Source of the DNA: a bacterium
Lineage (GTDB): Bacteria; UBP7; UBA6624
Length of the DNA: 55,163 bases
NCBI GenBank assembly: GCA_014384545.1
Contig: JACNFQ010000053.1
Coordinates: forward strand, 1 to 55,163
Direction of reading: 5' to 3'
The position numbers and the translations under genes were made by a program. This document shows positions 1-9,299 of this stretch, piece by piece (the stretch's first letter is position 1; every line of letters starts with the position of its first letter). The notes beneath the pieces are model-generated. The model was not told where the DNA came from, did no database searches, and worked only from the letters and a program-made list of their open reading frames with translations.

Positions 1-767
1 GGAGGGCGAAACAAGAGGGGAGAAAAGGTCATGATCTCCTCCGCCAGTTGGGTACAACGGGCATCCAGACACCCATCCGTTGGGAGGGGGGGGAACTTGT
101 AGGTACCCACAGTCTCCATGATACAACTCTTGAACTCTCTGATCCAGAAGGTCCTACAGTCCACAAAAAGTGGATGACCGCTTTCAACACACATAGTGGT
201 AAGGCTATTCTTCATAAAACGCCGTGGTCTCTCTTTAGCGATTTCTTTGAACGCATCACGCCTAGGGGTGAGGAGCTATGGGTTACGAACGGCCGAGTCA
301 ATGAGTTATGGCAAAGTGGGTTTGACGATGAAAAACGTCCCTTTATTATGGACAGGTGGCCGGAGAACTTCTTTGAGATTCATCCCGACGATGCTAAGGT
401 GCGGGGTATTGAGAGTGGTGATAGACTTCGGATCGTCAACGAAGATGTCCTTATCCAAACGGGTGGGTTTGTTGCTCAAGAAGATGGTGACCTCTCCTAC
501 ACCGCACTAGAGAAAAAGGGACACATCCGCATAGGTAGGGGAGAGACTGAGGGGGTTGCCATTGTCACCACGGCAACGAAGAAGGGAGTTATCTTTACCA
601 ACTTCCTCCACCCAAAACATGCAGCGAACGCCCTCGTCCACCGGGTCCCAGACCCCCTCACAAATCGGTATCGGTTTAAGTTAGGAAAGGGGATCATTAC
701 AAAGATAGGAGAGAGCCCCTACAAGGAGGATCTCTCCCAAATGACATTCGCCCCTAGAGACCTCTAA
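1..767 (+). CDS. C-terminal part of an AioA-like/IdrA-like molybdopterin oxidoreductase large subunit (5' end outside the window)
   Basis: Frame is open from position 3 (RAKQEGRKGHDLLRQLGTTG...). Molybdopterin dinucleotide-binding domain motifs TNGRVNELWQSGFDD and FEIHPDDAKVRGIESGD. The tail VPDPLTNRYRFKLGKG...KIGESPYK...MTFAPRD recalls the iodate reductase IdrA/AioA-like clade. Confidence 0.75.
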   Translation, partial: RAKQEGRKGHDLLRQLGTTGIQTPIRWEGGELVGTHSLHDTTLELSDPEGPTVHKKWMTAFNTHSGKAILHKTPWSLFSDFFERITPRGEELWVTNGRVNELWQSGFDDEKRPFIMDRWPENFFEIHPDDAKVRGIESGDRLRIVNEDVLIQTGGFVAQEDGDLSYTALEKKGHIRIGRGETEGVAIVTTATKKGVIFTNFLHPKHAANALVHRVPDPLTNRYRFKLGKGIITKIGESPYKEDLSQMTFAPRDL

Positions 768-770
768 CAG

Positions 771-1265
771 ATGGACGCTCCTGTTCTATCGATTGTGGGT
801 CGCTCGGGTAGTGGAAAGACGACATTGGTAGAAGGAGCTGTAAAGGAGCTCTCAAGGAAAGGTGTTCGGGTAGCCGTAGTAAAACATACCCATAAAGCGC
901 TAGACATCGACACCAAAGGGAAAGATAGTTGGCGGTTTAGAGAAGCCGGTGCATCACGAACTGTCCTTGCAGGGCTGAACTGGACGATGACCCAAGAATC
1001 TGCCTCATCGATTCACGATATCCTTGAGAGGGAGCGACTGGGTGTTGACTTGGTTCTTGTGGAGGGGTTTAGTCGAGATGGTCTGCGTCCCCGCATTGAA
1101 GTTCTTGCTCCTGGACGCGAGCCCTACCTTCCCCCCGAAGAAGTTGATGCCTATCTTGTCCGAGGGAATGGTCCAACTCTCCCTTTGCAACACCCTTGGC
1201 GCCCCGCTACGACAGCTGAACTCCTTTCCGTCATTACAGAAATGACGGGGCTTCAAGTCCACTAG
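771..1265 (+). CDS. mobB: Molybdopterin-guanine dinucleotide biosynthesis protein MobB
   Basis: Walker A GRSGSGKTT, VAVVKHTH, D..GKDSWRFREAGA and DLVLVEGF; lies between Mo-enzyme genes. Confidence 0.93.
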   Translation: MDAPVLSIVGRSGSGKTTLVEGAVKELSRKGVRVAVVKHTHKALDIDTKGKDSWRFREAGASRTVLAGLNWTMTQESASSIHDILERERLGVDLVLVEGFSRDGLRPRIEVLAPGREPYLPPEEVDAYLVRGNGPTLPLQHPWRPATTAELLSVITEMTGLQVH

Positions 1266-1278
1266 GATTCCCCTCCTC

Positions 1279-2478
1279 GTGTCAGATACTCCCTGTCCCA
1301 AATCGGAGGCGTTGCGCCTTATCAATACCGCCGAACGAGATGCACGGTGCGATGCTGCCCAATTGGGCATTGTGGGGGGGTTGGTCTCTCTCCTTATAGG
1401 AGGGGTCATCGCTCTTACACCTTGGGGGCAGAGTGCGGTGGGGCTAAAGGCGGCGTGGTGGTTTTTCGTGCCGGGCTTCCTCGTTCCACCCGTTCTAGGC
1501 GCTTCGGGGTTTTTCATACCCGTTGTCTCTACAAAGCGTATCAATCTGGCTCGTTTGCGGACAGCACTTCACATCACTTTCATTGCCATACCACTGGCAG
1601 CCTTCTCATCGGCTTTTGTTTGGACAGGTATTTGGCACGGCGCCCTCGTCATGCTCTTGGTGGGTAGCGTCATGGCGGTTAGCTCATTGGTTCCTGCCAT
1701 CATGTGGAGCTTTCCCCCTCAGGCCGCACTAGGCATTGCACTCCCTTCATGGTTGCTCTCTACCCTCCTTTGGATCAAGGCTGGGTGGGGCTATCCAGGT
1801 TGGGTGGGGTCTCCTTATACATGGGGTCGCCAACCCCTTTTTACACACCTCCTCCTTCCCGGTTTTGCGTTGTTGGCGATGATGGGTATCCAGATTGCAA
1901 TGGGGGCAAGGTTGCCCTCTAAGCGGCCCTTATTTCCTGAAAAAATTCGCCTTGCCTTTTGGGTAATGGGTTCATCGTTGCTCGTTGTGGGATTGGGGGT
2001 AAACTGGTCGCTTCTTCCTTGGGCGGGGGGTCTGTTATTGGCGACTTGGCTCTTTCACCTATACCCCCTCGTTCGTTTCTTCTTCCCTTTGACACGGGGT
2101 GAAGCGTCCAGTAAGAGGAATAGTGCCGAGGGTTTTCTTTTGGGGTGGTCTACTTTAGGCATCGGTTTGGTCTTGGGGCTGTTGATGGGGCTGAAGCCCG
2201 GTCTAATGCCCTCGCTACGCACCGTCCACCTTCACCTGAACCTGATGGCCGGCGTTCTACCCATCCTGTTGGGGGCTGCTGCCCATCTTCTCAATGGCGC
2301 CCTAGGTCTAGAGAGTCGCCAACGCACTCTAGGCATTGCCCTTCGTTTCGCGTGGATTGGGGGCGTTCTTTTTTCGTTTCGCTCCCTTTTTCCCCTTGCC
2401 TCCCCCCTAGGCGGTACGCTCCATTTAGCCGCTGTGGCTTGGACCATCACTCTCCTCCAAGCCAAACCCACGACCTAG
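1279..2478 (+). CDS. Polytopic membrane protein, possibly NnrS-like or heme-copper subunit I-like
   Basis: About 12 hydrophobic segments; His-containing helices FTHLLLPGF and RTVHLHLNLMAG. Confidence 0.55.
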   Translation: MSDTPCPKSEALRLINTAERDARCDAAQLGIVGGLVSLLIGGVIALTPWGQSAVGLKAAWWFFVPGFLVPPVLGASGFFIPVVSTKRINLARLRTALHITFIAIPLAAFSSAFVWTGIWHGALVMLLVGSVMAVSSLVPAIMWSFPPQAALGIALPSWLLSTLLWIKAGWGYPGWVGSPYTWGRQPLFTHLLLPGFALLAMMGIQIAMGARLPSKRPLFPEKIRLAFWVMGSSLLVVGLGVNWSLLPWAGGLLLATWLFHLYPLVRFFFPLTRGEASSKRNSAEGFLLGWSTLGIGLVLGLLMGLKPGLMPSLRTVHLHLNLMAGVLPILLGAAAHLLNGALGLESRQRTLGIALRFAWIGGVLFSFRSLFPLASPLGGTLHLAAVAWTITLLQAKPTT

Positions 2479-2603
2479 TCTTCACGAATGTCTCGTTTTG
2501 GTCTCTCAAGAGGCTGAAAGTGTCAATTTGGTGATGACCGACTCCTCTCAACTCTAGCCCCTTCCCAATTCGTCTATAGTGGCACTCAAGCGGAAAGGAG
2601 GGT

Positions 2604-5225
2604 GTGATGACTAAAGAAAAGAAGTCAGGTACTCGGGTAGGTCCAAAATGGGGACAGGTTACCCGTCGCACCTTCCTCCAAGGAGTCGCGGCGACCTCGG
2701 GTGCAGTGGCTGGCTCATCGCTCTTTGGCGACCTCATTACCTTGTCACCACTCCCCGGAGAATCGCCCAAGCCCCTGCATGAAGACTGGATACCCACGAC
2801 TTGCTGGATTGGAAAACAAGAGTGCGGAATGCTCGCTCGGAGAATCAATGGCCATGTCGTCAAGTTGGAGGGGCTCCCTGCGCACCCGCGCAATCGTGGA
2901 ACACTTTGCCCCAAGGGGATTGCCCAAATCCAGGCGCTTTACGACCCCAATCGCGTCAAGGCACCTCTTCTCCGTACAAACGAAAAAGGCGTAAAGGGTA
3001 CGTGGCGGGAGATTTCTTGGGATGATGCTTTGGACTTGGTAGCCGAACGCATTGGGGAGGCGCGGGACCGCGATCCGTCCCTCTTCGTATGGCAGAAGGG
3101 GCGGAGCAAGGCTAAGCCTCTCTACGACAAGGCTTTTGTGGGTGCTACCGGAGCCCTGAAACTCCACCACGGTGCATTCTGCTCCGATGCAGGATACCGT
3201 GCGATGGAGTACACAATTGGGATGCATGGGGTGATGCATCCAGATTTCAAACATACGCAGTATCTCCTCTCTTGGGGATGGAACATCACGGGTGGTGGAG
3301 GAAATAAGTACTGTTGGCTTACCTGGGCACAGCAACTGGTGGAGGCGCGGCAGAGGGGGCTACGCGTTATTGATATTGATCCCCGTCTTCGAAGCGCTGC
3401 CCACTTTGCCGATGAATGGCTTCCTGTCCGTCCAGGAACGGACATGCCCCTCGCTCTCGCCCTCTGCAAGGTGCTCATTGATCAAGACACGATTGACCGT
3501 CCTTACCTCACCACCTACACGAACAGCTCCCATCTGCTCCAAGAAGACGGTTCCTTCCTCCGGGACGATGAGGGCTCCCCGTTGGTTTGGGACGAAGAAA
3601 CGGAGACGCCCCGACCCTTCGGCTCGGAGGGGATTTCTCCAGCACTGGAGGGGGTTTACTCTTGGGATGGTGCTCAGGTCCGCACCGTCTTCAGCTCCTT
3701 CAAGGACCATATCTCCACAGCCACACCTGAATGGGCTGCGGAGATTACAGGCATCCCAGCCAACCAGATTCGGAAAATCGGGAGGGAACTTGGCGACAAT
3801 GCGATGATTGGATCCACCATTGAGATTGAAGGTCACACCCTTCCCTATCGACCTGTAGCGATCATGGCTTACCACATGTCCCAACAAGAGTTGGGGTTCC
3901 AGGCGTTGCGGGCTATGACTTTTATTCCTATGCTATTAGGGGCGATTGGTGCTGTAGGTGGACAGTTTACCGACCTCACTTGGAAAGAACACAAAAACTG
4001 GAAGAAGTTAGACAACATTGAGATTACCGACACCCCCAACATCACCCTAAAGGGGTCCAAGTACTACCCCATCAACAGCAACAACTCCTCCCTTGTCGCC
4101 CATGTGATGAAGGATCCCCTACGGTACGGCGTCTCGGGGATTCCTGAGGTCGCCCTCCTTCACCATGTCAACCCTTTGGGCTCGTTCCCCGACCAAAAGG
4201 CGAACCGGGAAGCATACGCAAAGCTAAAGTTTGTAGCTGTCATTGATCCTTGGCTCTCCTTGACGGCCGACCTCTATGCGGATGTCGTTCTCCCCGCCTC
4301 CACTCTAGAAAAGTATGAGGGTCCCATGAAGGGGACCGACCAGTATGAGGATGCCGTGGCACTCCGTATTCCCCCTATGGAGCCGATCTTTGATACTAGG
4401 AGTGAAATCGAGATTTACCTTGATCTCTGCGAGCGATTGGGCGTCCTCAATGGTGAGAAAGGATACCTTGCCCTAGTCAACAAGAACCTCAAGTTGAAGC
4501 CCCCTTATACCCTCCCGCTTGACAAGAAACCGACTCCACGCGAAATATACGACATTTGGGCAAAGGGACAAGGGATCAAGGAGGGGGTCGCCTTCTTTGA
4601 GGACAACGGTGTCCTGCTAAAGGGTGCTGTGCCCGCCTCCAAGCGGTATCCCATGGCGATGGATACACCCTTTGGAGGCGTCGTCCCCCACCGTCTTTAC
4701 GGGGAATCGCTACTGGGATACGCCCGAAAGATGGAGGAGAGGGGCGCCCCCGAAATCTACTGGCGAGACTATACGCCTTTCCCAGTTTGGAGGACCCCCA
4801 CTCTGGAAGGTTCCCCAGCGAAATATGACCTTTATCTAACCAGTTTTCACAAGATAGAGTTCAAGCAATCACGCACCCCGATTCCCTTCGTACGAGAACT
4901 CGCTCCTACGCAGGTACTTGAGATCAATCCAAGTGCAGCAAGAGCCCGTGGACTTGAGGATGGAGACAGAGTCCAGGTAGAAAGCCACAATGCCGTCACA
5001 GGAGAGACCCGTAAGATTGAGACAACGGTGCGTTTCAGGGAGTCTATCCGACCCGATGTGGTGGCGATGCCCCACCATTACGGAGAACATACCAAACACC
5101 CATGGGTAGATGGCACAGGTCCCACCCCCAATACCCTTTTCTTCACAGGGGAAGGGTATGTAAGTAATACAGCCGACCAAACCTACTTGGTCAAGGTGAG
5201 GGTCTCCAAGGCCCCAAGGAGGTAG
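2604..5225 (+). CDS. Tat-exported Mo/W-bisPGD oxidoreductase catalytic subunit (PsrA/ArrA/ArxA-related; substrate unknown)
   Basis: Tat motif TRRTFL; FS0 region PTTCWIGKQECG...RGTLCPKG; ISWDDALD; IDPR; WLPVRPGTD; ADVVLPASTLEK; C-terminal EINPSAARARGLEDGD; RBS GGAGG. Confidence 0.9.
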   Translation: MMTKEKKSGTRVGPKWGQVTRRTFLQGVAATSGAVAGSSLFGDLITLSPLPGESPKPLHEDWIPTTCWIGKQECGMLARRINGHVVKLEGLPAHPRNRGTLCPKGIAQIQALYDPNRVKAPLLRTNEKGVKGTWREISWDDALDLVAERIGEARDRDPSLFVWQKGRSKAKPLYDKAFVGATGALKLHHGAFCSDAGYRAMEYTIGMHGVMHPDFKHTQYLLSWGWNITGGGGNKYCWLTWAQQLVEARQRGLRVIDIDPRLRSAAHFADEWLPVRPGTDMPLALALCKVLIDQDTIDRPYLTTYTNSSHLLQEDGSFLRDDEGSPLVWDEETETPRPFGSEGISPALEGVYSWDGAQVRTVFSSFKDHISTATPEWAAEITGIPANQIRKIGRELGDNAMIGSTIEIEGHTLPYRPVAIMAYHMSQQELGFQALRAMTFIPMLLGAIGAVGGQFTDLTWKEHKNWKKLDNIEITDTPNITLKGSKYYPINSNNSSLVAHVMKDPLRYGVSGIPEVALLHHVNPLGSFPDQKANREAYAKLKFVAVIDPWLSLTADLYADVVLPASTLEKYEGPMKGTDQYEDAVALRIPPMEPIFDTRSEIEIYLDLCERLGVLNGEKGYLALVNKNLKLKPPYTLPLDKKPTPREIYDIWAKGQGIKEGVAFFEDNGVLLKGAVPASKRYPMAMDTPFGGVVPHRLYGESLLGYARKMEERGAPEIYWRDYTPFPVWRTPTLEGSPAKYDLYLTSFHKIEFKQSRTPIPFVRELAPTQVLEINPSAARARGLEDGDRVQVESHNAVTGETRKIETTVRFRESIRPDVVAMPHHYGEHTKHPWVDGTGPTPNTLFFTGEGYVSNTADQTYLVKVRVSKAPRR

Positions 5226-5228
5226 GAG

Positions 5229-5972
5229 ATGGCACGATACGGAATGGTCATTGATCTCTCAAGATGTCACGGTTGCCGTGCATGTATGGTGGCGTGTAAG
5301 GTGGAGAACAACACACCCAAGGGGAGTTTTTGGAACTATGTCTTCCGGTTCGAGGAGGGGGTCTTCCCCGAGACTCGAGTCTCTTTCCTCCCTCGCCCTT
5401 GTATGCACTGCGACAACGCCCCTTGCGTGAAAGTCTGCCCTGTGGGATCCCGCCACAAGACGCTTGAGGGGCTTACCCTCACTGATTGGGATCGATGTAT
5501 TGGGTGTCGGTACTGCGAGGTCGCCTGCCCCTATGGCGTGAACTGCTTTAACTGGAAAGATCCAAAAAAGAACAGGTATTTGGACTGGAGTGACCCCTCT
5601 TTGGAGGGGGTAGAGTTGTCCCACGGCATGCCCTATGCCAACCCCGACCTAGACCTTCCACAAGGAAGTCAGGGAAGGCACACTGCTGGGGGCGGTCGGA
5701 TGAAGGGCGTGGTGGAGAAATGTACCTTTTGCGTCCATAGGTTAGAGAAGGGGCTTCTACCTGCTTGCGCCGCAAACTGCCCTGTTGGGGCGTTGGTCTT
5801 CGGCGATCTGGACGATCCCGAGAGCCCTCCCTCCCAGCTTCTGAGGGAGAAGCCTCATTTTAGGCTTCTTGAAGGGGAAGGAACCGAGCCGAGGGTCTAC
5901 TATGTCGGAGGCGCCCCTCCCACCACAGCCTCTCGGCAAATCGAAGCGGTCAAAGCGAGGGTTGAACGATGA
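5229..5972 (+). CDS. Four-cluster Fe-S subunit (PsrB/NrfC/DmsB family)
   Basis: Cys groups CHGCRACMVAC, CMHCDNAPCVKVCP, CIGCRYCEVACP and KCTFC...CAANCP. Confidence 0.95.
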   Translation: MARYGMVIDLSRCHGCRACMVACKVENNTPKGSFWNYVFRFEEGVFPETRVSFLPRPCMHCDNAPCVKVCPVGSRHKTLEGLTLTDWDRCIGCRYCEVACPYGVNCFNWKDPKKNRYLDWSDPSLEGVELSHGMPYANPDLDLPQGSQGRHTAGGGRMKGVVEKCTFCVHRLEKGLLPACAANCPVGALVFGDLDDPESPPSQLLREKPHFRLLEGEGTEPRVYYVGGAPPTTASRQIEAVKARVER

Positions 5973-7258
5973 ACGAAAAGAAAAGACTCCCTTTCGGGAT
6001 GGGTCGGCTGGGCACAAAATGGTGGGTCCTAGTCGGGGTTTCCCTCACTCTAGTCACTCGGGGCATCATCGCCTACTCCCAACAAGCCTCAGAGGGGGAA
6101 GTCGTAACGGGGATGCGCGATATCGGACCGATGGGGGGCGCCGCCTGGGGACTATACATCGTCTTTGTGGTCTATTTCGTCGGAATCAGCTTTACGGGCA
6201 TCTGTCTTGCCAGCCTTATCCGTCTCCTAAACCTAAAGGTCCTTCGCCCCATCGTTCGACCTGCTGAAGTGATGACGGTCATTGCCCTTATCCTCGGTGC
6301 ACTCGCTATCCTCGCCGATGTGGGACAGCCCGGACGCGCTTTTCTTATGCTCTTGAAGTACGCCCGACCCCAATCCCCTTTCTTTGGCACATTCGCCATG
6401 GTCATTTCAGGATATCTCTTCGGTAGCCTCGTCTACCTCTACCTCCACGGACGACCCGACGCAGCTGTTCTTGCCAAGCGACCAGGTCTTCTTCAGCGGT
6501 TCCATAGGTGGTGGGCTGCCGGATACGGGGACACCCCTCCCGAGAGGGCACGACGGGTGCGAAGTTCTTTCTGGCTATCCGTAGCCCTCCTCCCACTACT
6601 GATCACAGCGACATCGACGCTGGGGTTCGTCTTTGGCCTCCAAGGGGGGCGTCCCGGATGGTTCGGCTCGCTCCAGGCTCCCGGTTTCGTGGTCATGGCA
6701 GGACTCTCAGGCGTAGGGGTCCTCATCCTTATCGCTGCTGGACTTAGACAGGCACTGGGGGAGAAGGAGCGGTTGAACCTAGAACTATTCCGGTGGCTTG
6801 CTGACTTCCTCCTTGTCCTCCTAGCAGGGTACCTCTATTTCCTCGTGGTGGAGTGGCTAACCAACTCCTATGCAGCCGGCCCCAGCGAGTCCCTCGTCTC
6901 CCAAGCGATTCTTGCAGGGGAGAATGCGTGGATCTTCTGGGGGTCGGTCGCTTTTCTCACCCTTCCTGCGTTCCTCCTTCTACTCCAGCGGTTGCGTGGA
7001 AGGGTCAGTCTTCCCCTCATCGTGGCTTGCGGGGTGATGGTCAACCTAGCAGCGATTGCAAAGCGGTTCCTCATCGTCGTTCCCTCGCAAACACATGGCA
7101 TGCTCCTTCCCTACTCCACGGGCTCCTACACGCCCTCCCTAGTGGAGTGGGAAATCGTGATCGGATTGGTGGGATTAGGAGGGCTTCTCTTCGCCCTCTT
7201 CGTAAAGGGATTCCCTATCCTTGAGTTAGACAGGGATTATCTGGGAGGCACAAAATGA
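5969..7258 (+). CDS. NrfD/PsrC-family membrane anchor
   Basis: AWGLYIVFVVYFVGI, ADVGQPGR, QSPF and YTPSLVEW; about 10 TM segments; ATGA overlap with the Fe-S subunit. Confidence 0.92.
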   Translation: MNEKKRLPFGMGRLGTKWWVLVGVSLTLVTRGIIAYSQQASEGEVVTGMRDIGPMGGAAWGLYIVFVVYFVGISFTGICLASLIRLLNLKVLRPIVRPAEVMTVIALILGALAILADVGQPGRAFLMLLKYARPQSPFFGTFAMVISGYLFGSLVYLYLHGRPDAAVLAKRPGLLQRFHRWWAAGYGDTPPERARRVRSSFWLSVALLPLLITATSTLGFVFGLQGGRPGWFGSLQAPGFVVMAGLSGVGVLILIAAGLRQALGEKERLNLELFRWLADFLLVLLAGYLYFLVVEWLTNSYAAGPSESLVSQAILAGENAWIFWGSVAFLTLPAFLLLLQRLRGRVSLPLIVACGVMVNLAAIAKRFLIVVPSQTHGMLLPYSTGSYTPSLVEWEIVIGLVGLGGLLFALFVKGFPILELDRDYLGGTK

Positions 7259-7482
7259 ACAGAACCGCGATCGCAATCTGGATGGTGGTGGCTGGATTCT
7301 CACTCCAGTTCTTCGCCTATTTCCGTTGGGCAGCTCCTCTGGGAGCTCCGACAAGTCCGGCCTTCAGCGACCCACGCATCCCCTATGCCCCGGCTGCCTT
7401 TATTTTCGGCGTGATGCTCGTCTTCCTCTCCGCCGTTGTCTACGAACTTCAGGGTGGTGGGGAGGGAGAATCTGATGGCTGA
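7255..7482 (+). CDS. Small two-TM protein inside the Mo-enzyme operon
   Basis: 75 aa with two hydrophobic helices; RBS GGAGG; overlaps both neighbours. Confidence 0.7.
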   Translation: MNRTAIAIWMVVAGFSLQFFAYFRWAAPLGAPTSPAFSDPRIPYAPAAFIFGVMLVFLSAVVYELQGGGEGESDG

Positions 7483-8233
7483 GTTGGCTGCTGCAGAGGC
7501 TCGAGCAAAGGAGGCTCTCTATCGCCTGGGGGCTGCGGTCTTCCTTTACCCGACCCCTGAACAACTGACACGCCTCAAGGAGGGAGCAATCCGCCTTGAT
7601 TCTGGAGAGGGGCCTCTCTCCCCCTCGTTGGCAGATCTGGTGGGAATCATCAAGAGGATTCGCCCCTCACTGAGCCTCCCTCTTGAAGAAGCCTACTGTC
7701 GCCTCTTCCGTGTGAATCCCCCTGCCCCGCCCTATGAATCACATTACATTGATAAGGCAGGGCTGGGGGCGGGGGGGATTGCGGCTACCTTAGAGGAAGA
7801 GTACGCCACTGTGGGACTTACGCCCAAACCGTCCCTGAATGAGCCCCCCGACCACCTCTCCATGGAGATGGAGTTCCTTGCCCATCTCTCTGGGAAAGAG
7901 GCAGCAGCTTGGGAGGAGTGGAATCCGGAGGTTGCCCTTGATTGGAGAGAAGAGCGGCGGGGATTCCTAAACCGCCATCTCGCCCAGTGGCTCTCCTTGT
8001 TCCAGGAAAAGGTACTCCCAAACAGTCCGCCCACCATCTATAGTTCCGCTCTTCGGATGGCAGAGGAATTGCTCGCCGTAGAGATTGAGAGATCCCCTGT
8101 AAAGAAGAGCACTAGGGAGACTTGTCTCAATCCCGTCTTTTCTGAGCCACGAGACACGAGAGATGAGGGAAGTGCATCTATACTCCCTCATCTCTGTAAG
8201 GGCGATCGAATAAAGCCCTCGGAGCAAACTTGA
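7475..8233 (+). CDS. TorD/DmsD-family redox enzyme maturation chaperone
   Basis: YCRLF, PPYESHY, EPPDHLSMEMEFL and FLNRHLAQW motifs; ATG at 7475 follows GGGAG. Confidence 0.9.
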   Translation: MAELAAAEARAKEALYRLGAAVFLYPTPEQLTRLKEGAIRLDSGEGPLSPSLADLVGIIKRIRPSLSLPLEEAYCRLFRVNPPAPPYESHYIDKAGLGAGGIAATLEEEYATVGLTPKPSLNEPPDHLSMEMEFLAHLSGKEAAAWEEWNPEVALDWREERRGFLNRHLAQWLSLFQEKVLPNSPPTIYSSALRMAEELLAVEIERSPVKKSTRETCLNPVFSEPRDTRDEGSASILPHLCKGDRIKPSEQT

Positions 8234-8249
8234 CCTAGGAGGTTATGTT

Positions 8250-9230
8250 GTGAGAAAGATATTGCTGATGGTGATTCTTGCCCTTGGAGGTCTAGCACTC
8301 CAGGCAGGAGAGATTGACTTTTCGGGTATCTCGTTCTTGAGGTATCGTAACTTTATTGAAGGAGGTAGCCAAGACGGTATCGATGCGTTTGATGTGAACC
8401 GCGTCTATTTCAACGTAAAAAGCAAGATTGGCGATCGGTCACGATTTCGGTTTACAACGGATATCAACCGAGTAACGGGCGAAAACCGTTATCTCAGAAC
8501 ACGCGTCAAATACGCTTGGTTTGGCTACAAACCGATCGGTTCTGAGGGAGAGTTCAAGTTTGGGCTTATCCCTACCCCCTTTATAGGGATGGAAGACGGA
8601 AACTGGAAACACCGCTTTGCCTACCAAAGTGTCTCCGACCAAGAGGGGTGGCTAGATAGTGCCGACTTTGGAGCGTCTTGGAGTGGAAAGGGTGGGAACT
8701 TTTCCTATACCGCATTCGTTGCCAACGGCGAAGGGTATGGTGGTTCCCCCGCCGGCACGGGTGAAGTTGCGGGTGCCCTCTTGACTTATAAGTCTGAGGG
8801 GGGGTTATCACTCTCTTTGTATGGCCAAGACGGGCGAGAAAACAGTGGGGGCGGAGATGTGCAACGAGGAAGGCTTATCGGAAACCTGACCTATTTGGGA
8901 GACAACTGGATGATCGCTGGTTCTTATGGCTCTGGAGAAGGCTTTGGAGGAGTAGCTAACACCGATATTGATGGATGGTGGCTTTATGGAAGTGTGGACT
9001 ATGCCACCGACTGGGACTTGTTCTGGAGGGTTCGACAAACATCAATAGATGACCCGACGGCAGGAACAGGAGAAGTGGAAGAGACCGCTTGGATTTTGGG
9101 TGTTGCCCACCAAATGGATAGGAATCTTCGTCTCTCCCTTGATCTCCAATCGACCTCTTTTGACAACGCAATCGGGGTTGACCCTGCTGATCAAGTCGTT
9201 CTCTTCGCCCATGTGGAGGTCAAGTTCTAG
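8250..9230 (+). CDS. Outer-membrane beta-barrel porin
   Basis: Signal peptide; FDVNRVYFNV, RFRFTTD, VKYAW and SADFG; alternating beta strands; terminal Phe (HVEVKF). Confidence 0.8.
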   Translation: MRKILLMVILALGGLALQAGEIDFSGISFLRYRNFIEGGSQDGIDAFDVNRVYFNVKSKIGDRSRFRFTTDINRVTGENRYLRTRVKYAWFGYKPIGSEGEFKFGLIPTPFIGMEDGNWKHRFAYQSVSDQEGWLDSADFGASWSGKGGNFSYTAFVANGEGYGGSPAGTGEVAGALLTYKSEGGLSLSLYGQDGRENSGGGDVQRGRLIGNLTYLGDNWMIAGSYGSGEGFGGVANTDIDGWWLYGSVDYATDWDLFWRVRQTSIDDPTAGTGEVEETAWILGVAHQMDRNLRLSLDLQSTSFDNAIGVDPADQVVLFAHVEVKF

Positions 9231-9299
9231 CGGATTGAGCTAGGGTTTCATCATCCCCAAGGAGTAACGAGGGATACTCTAGGGTGTTATCATTCCCCT

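Noticed and set aside
2604-5225. Naming this gene arrA, arxA or psrA
   Set aside because: The FS0 and active-site motifs do not match those I recall for these enzymes; a phylogeny is needed.
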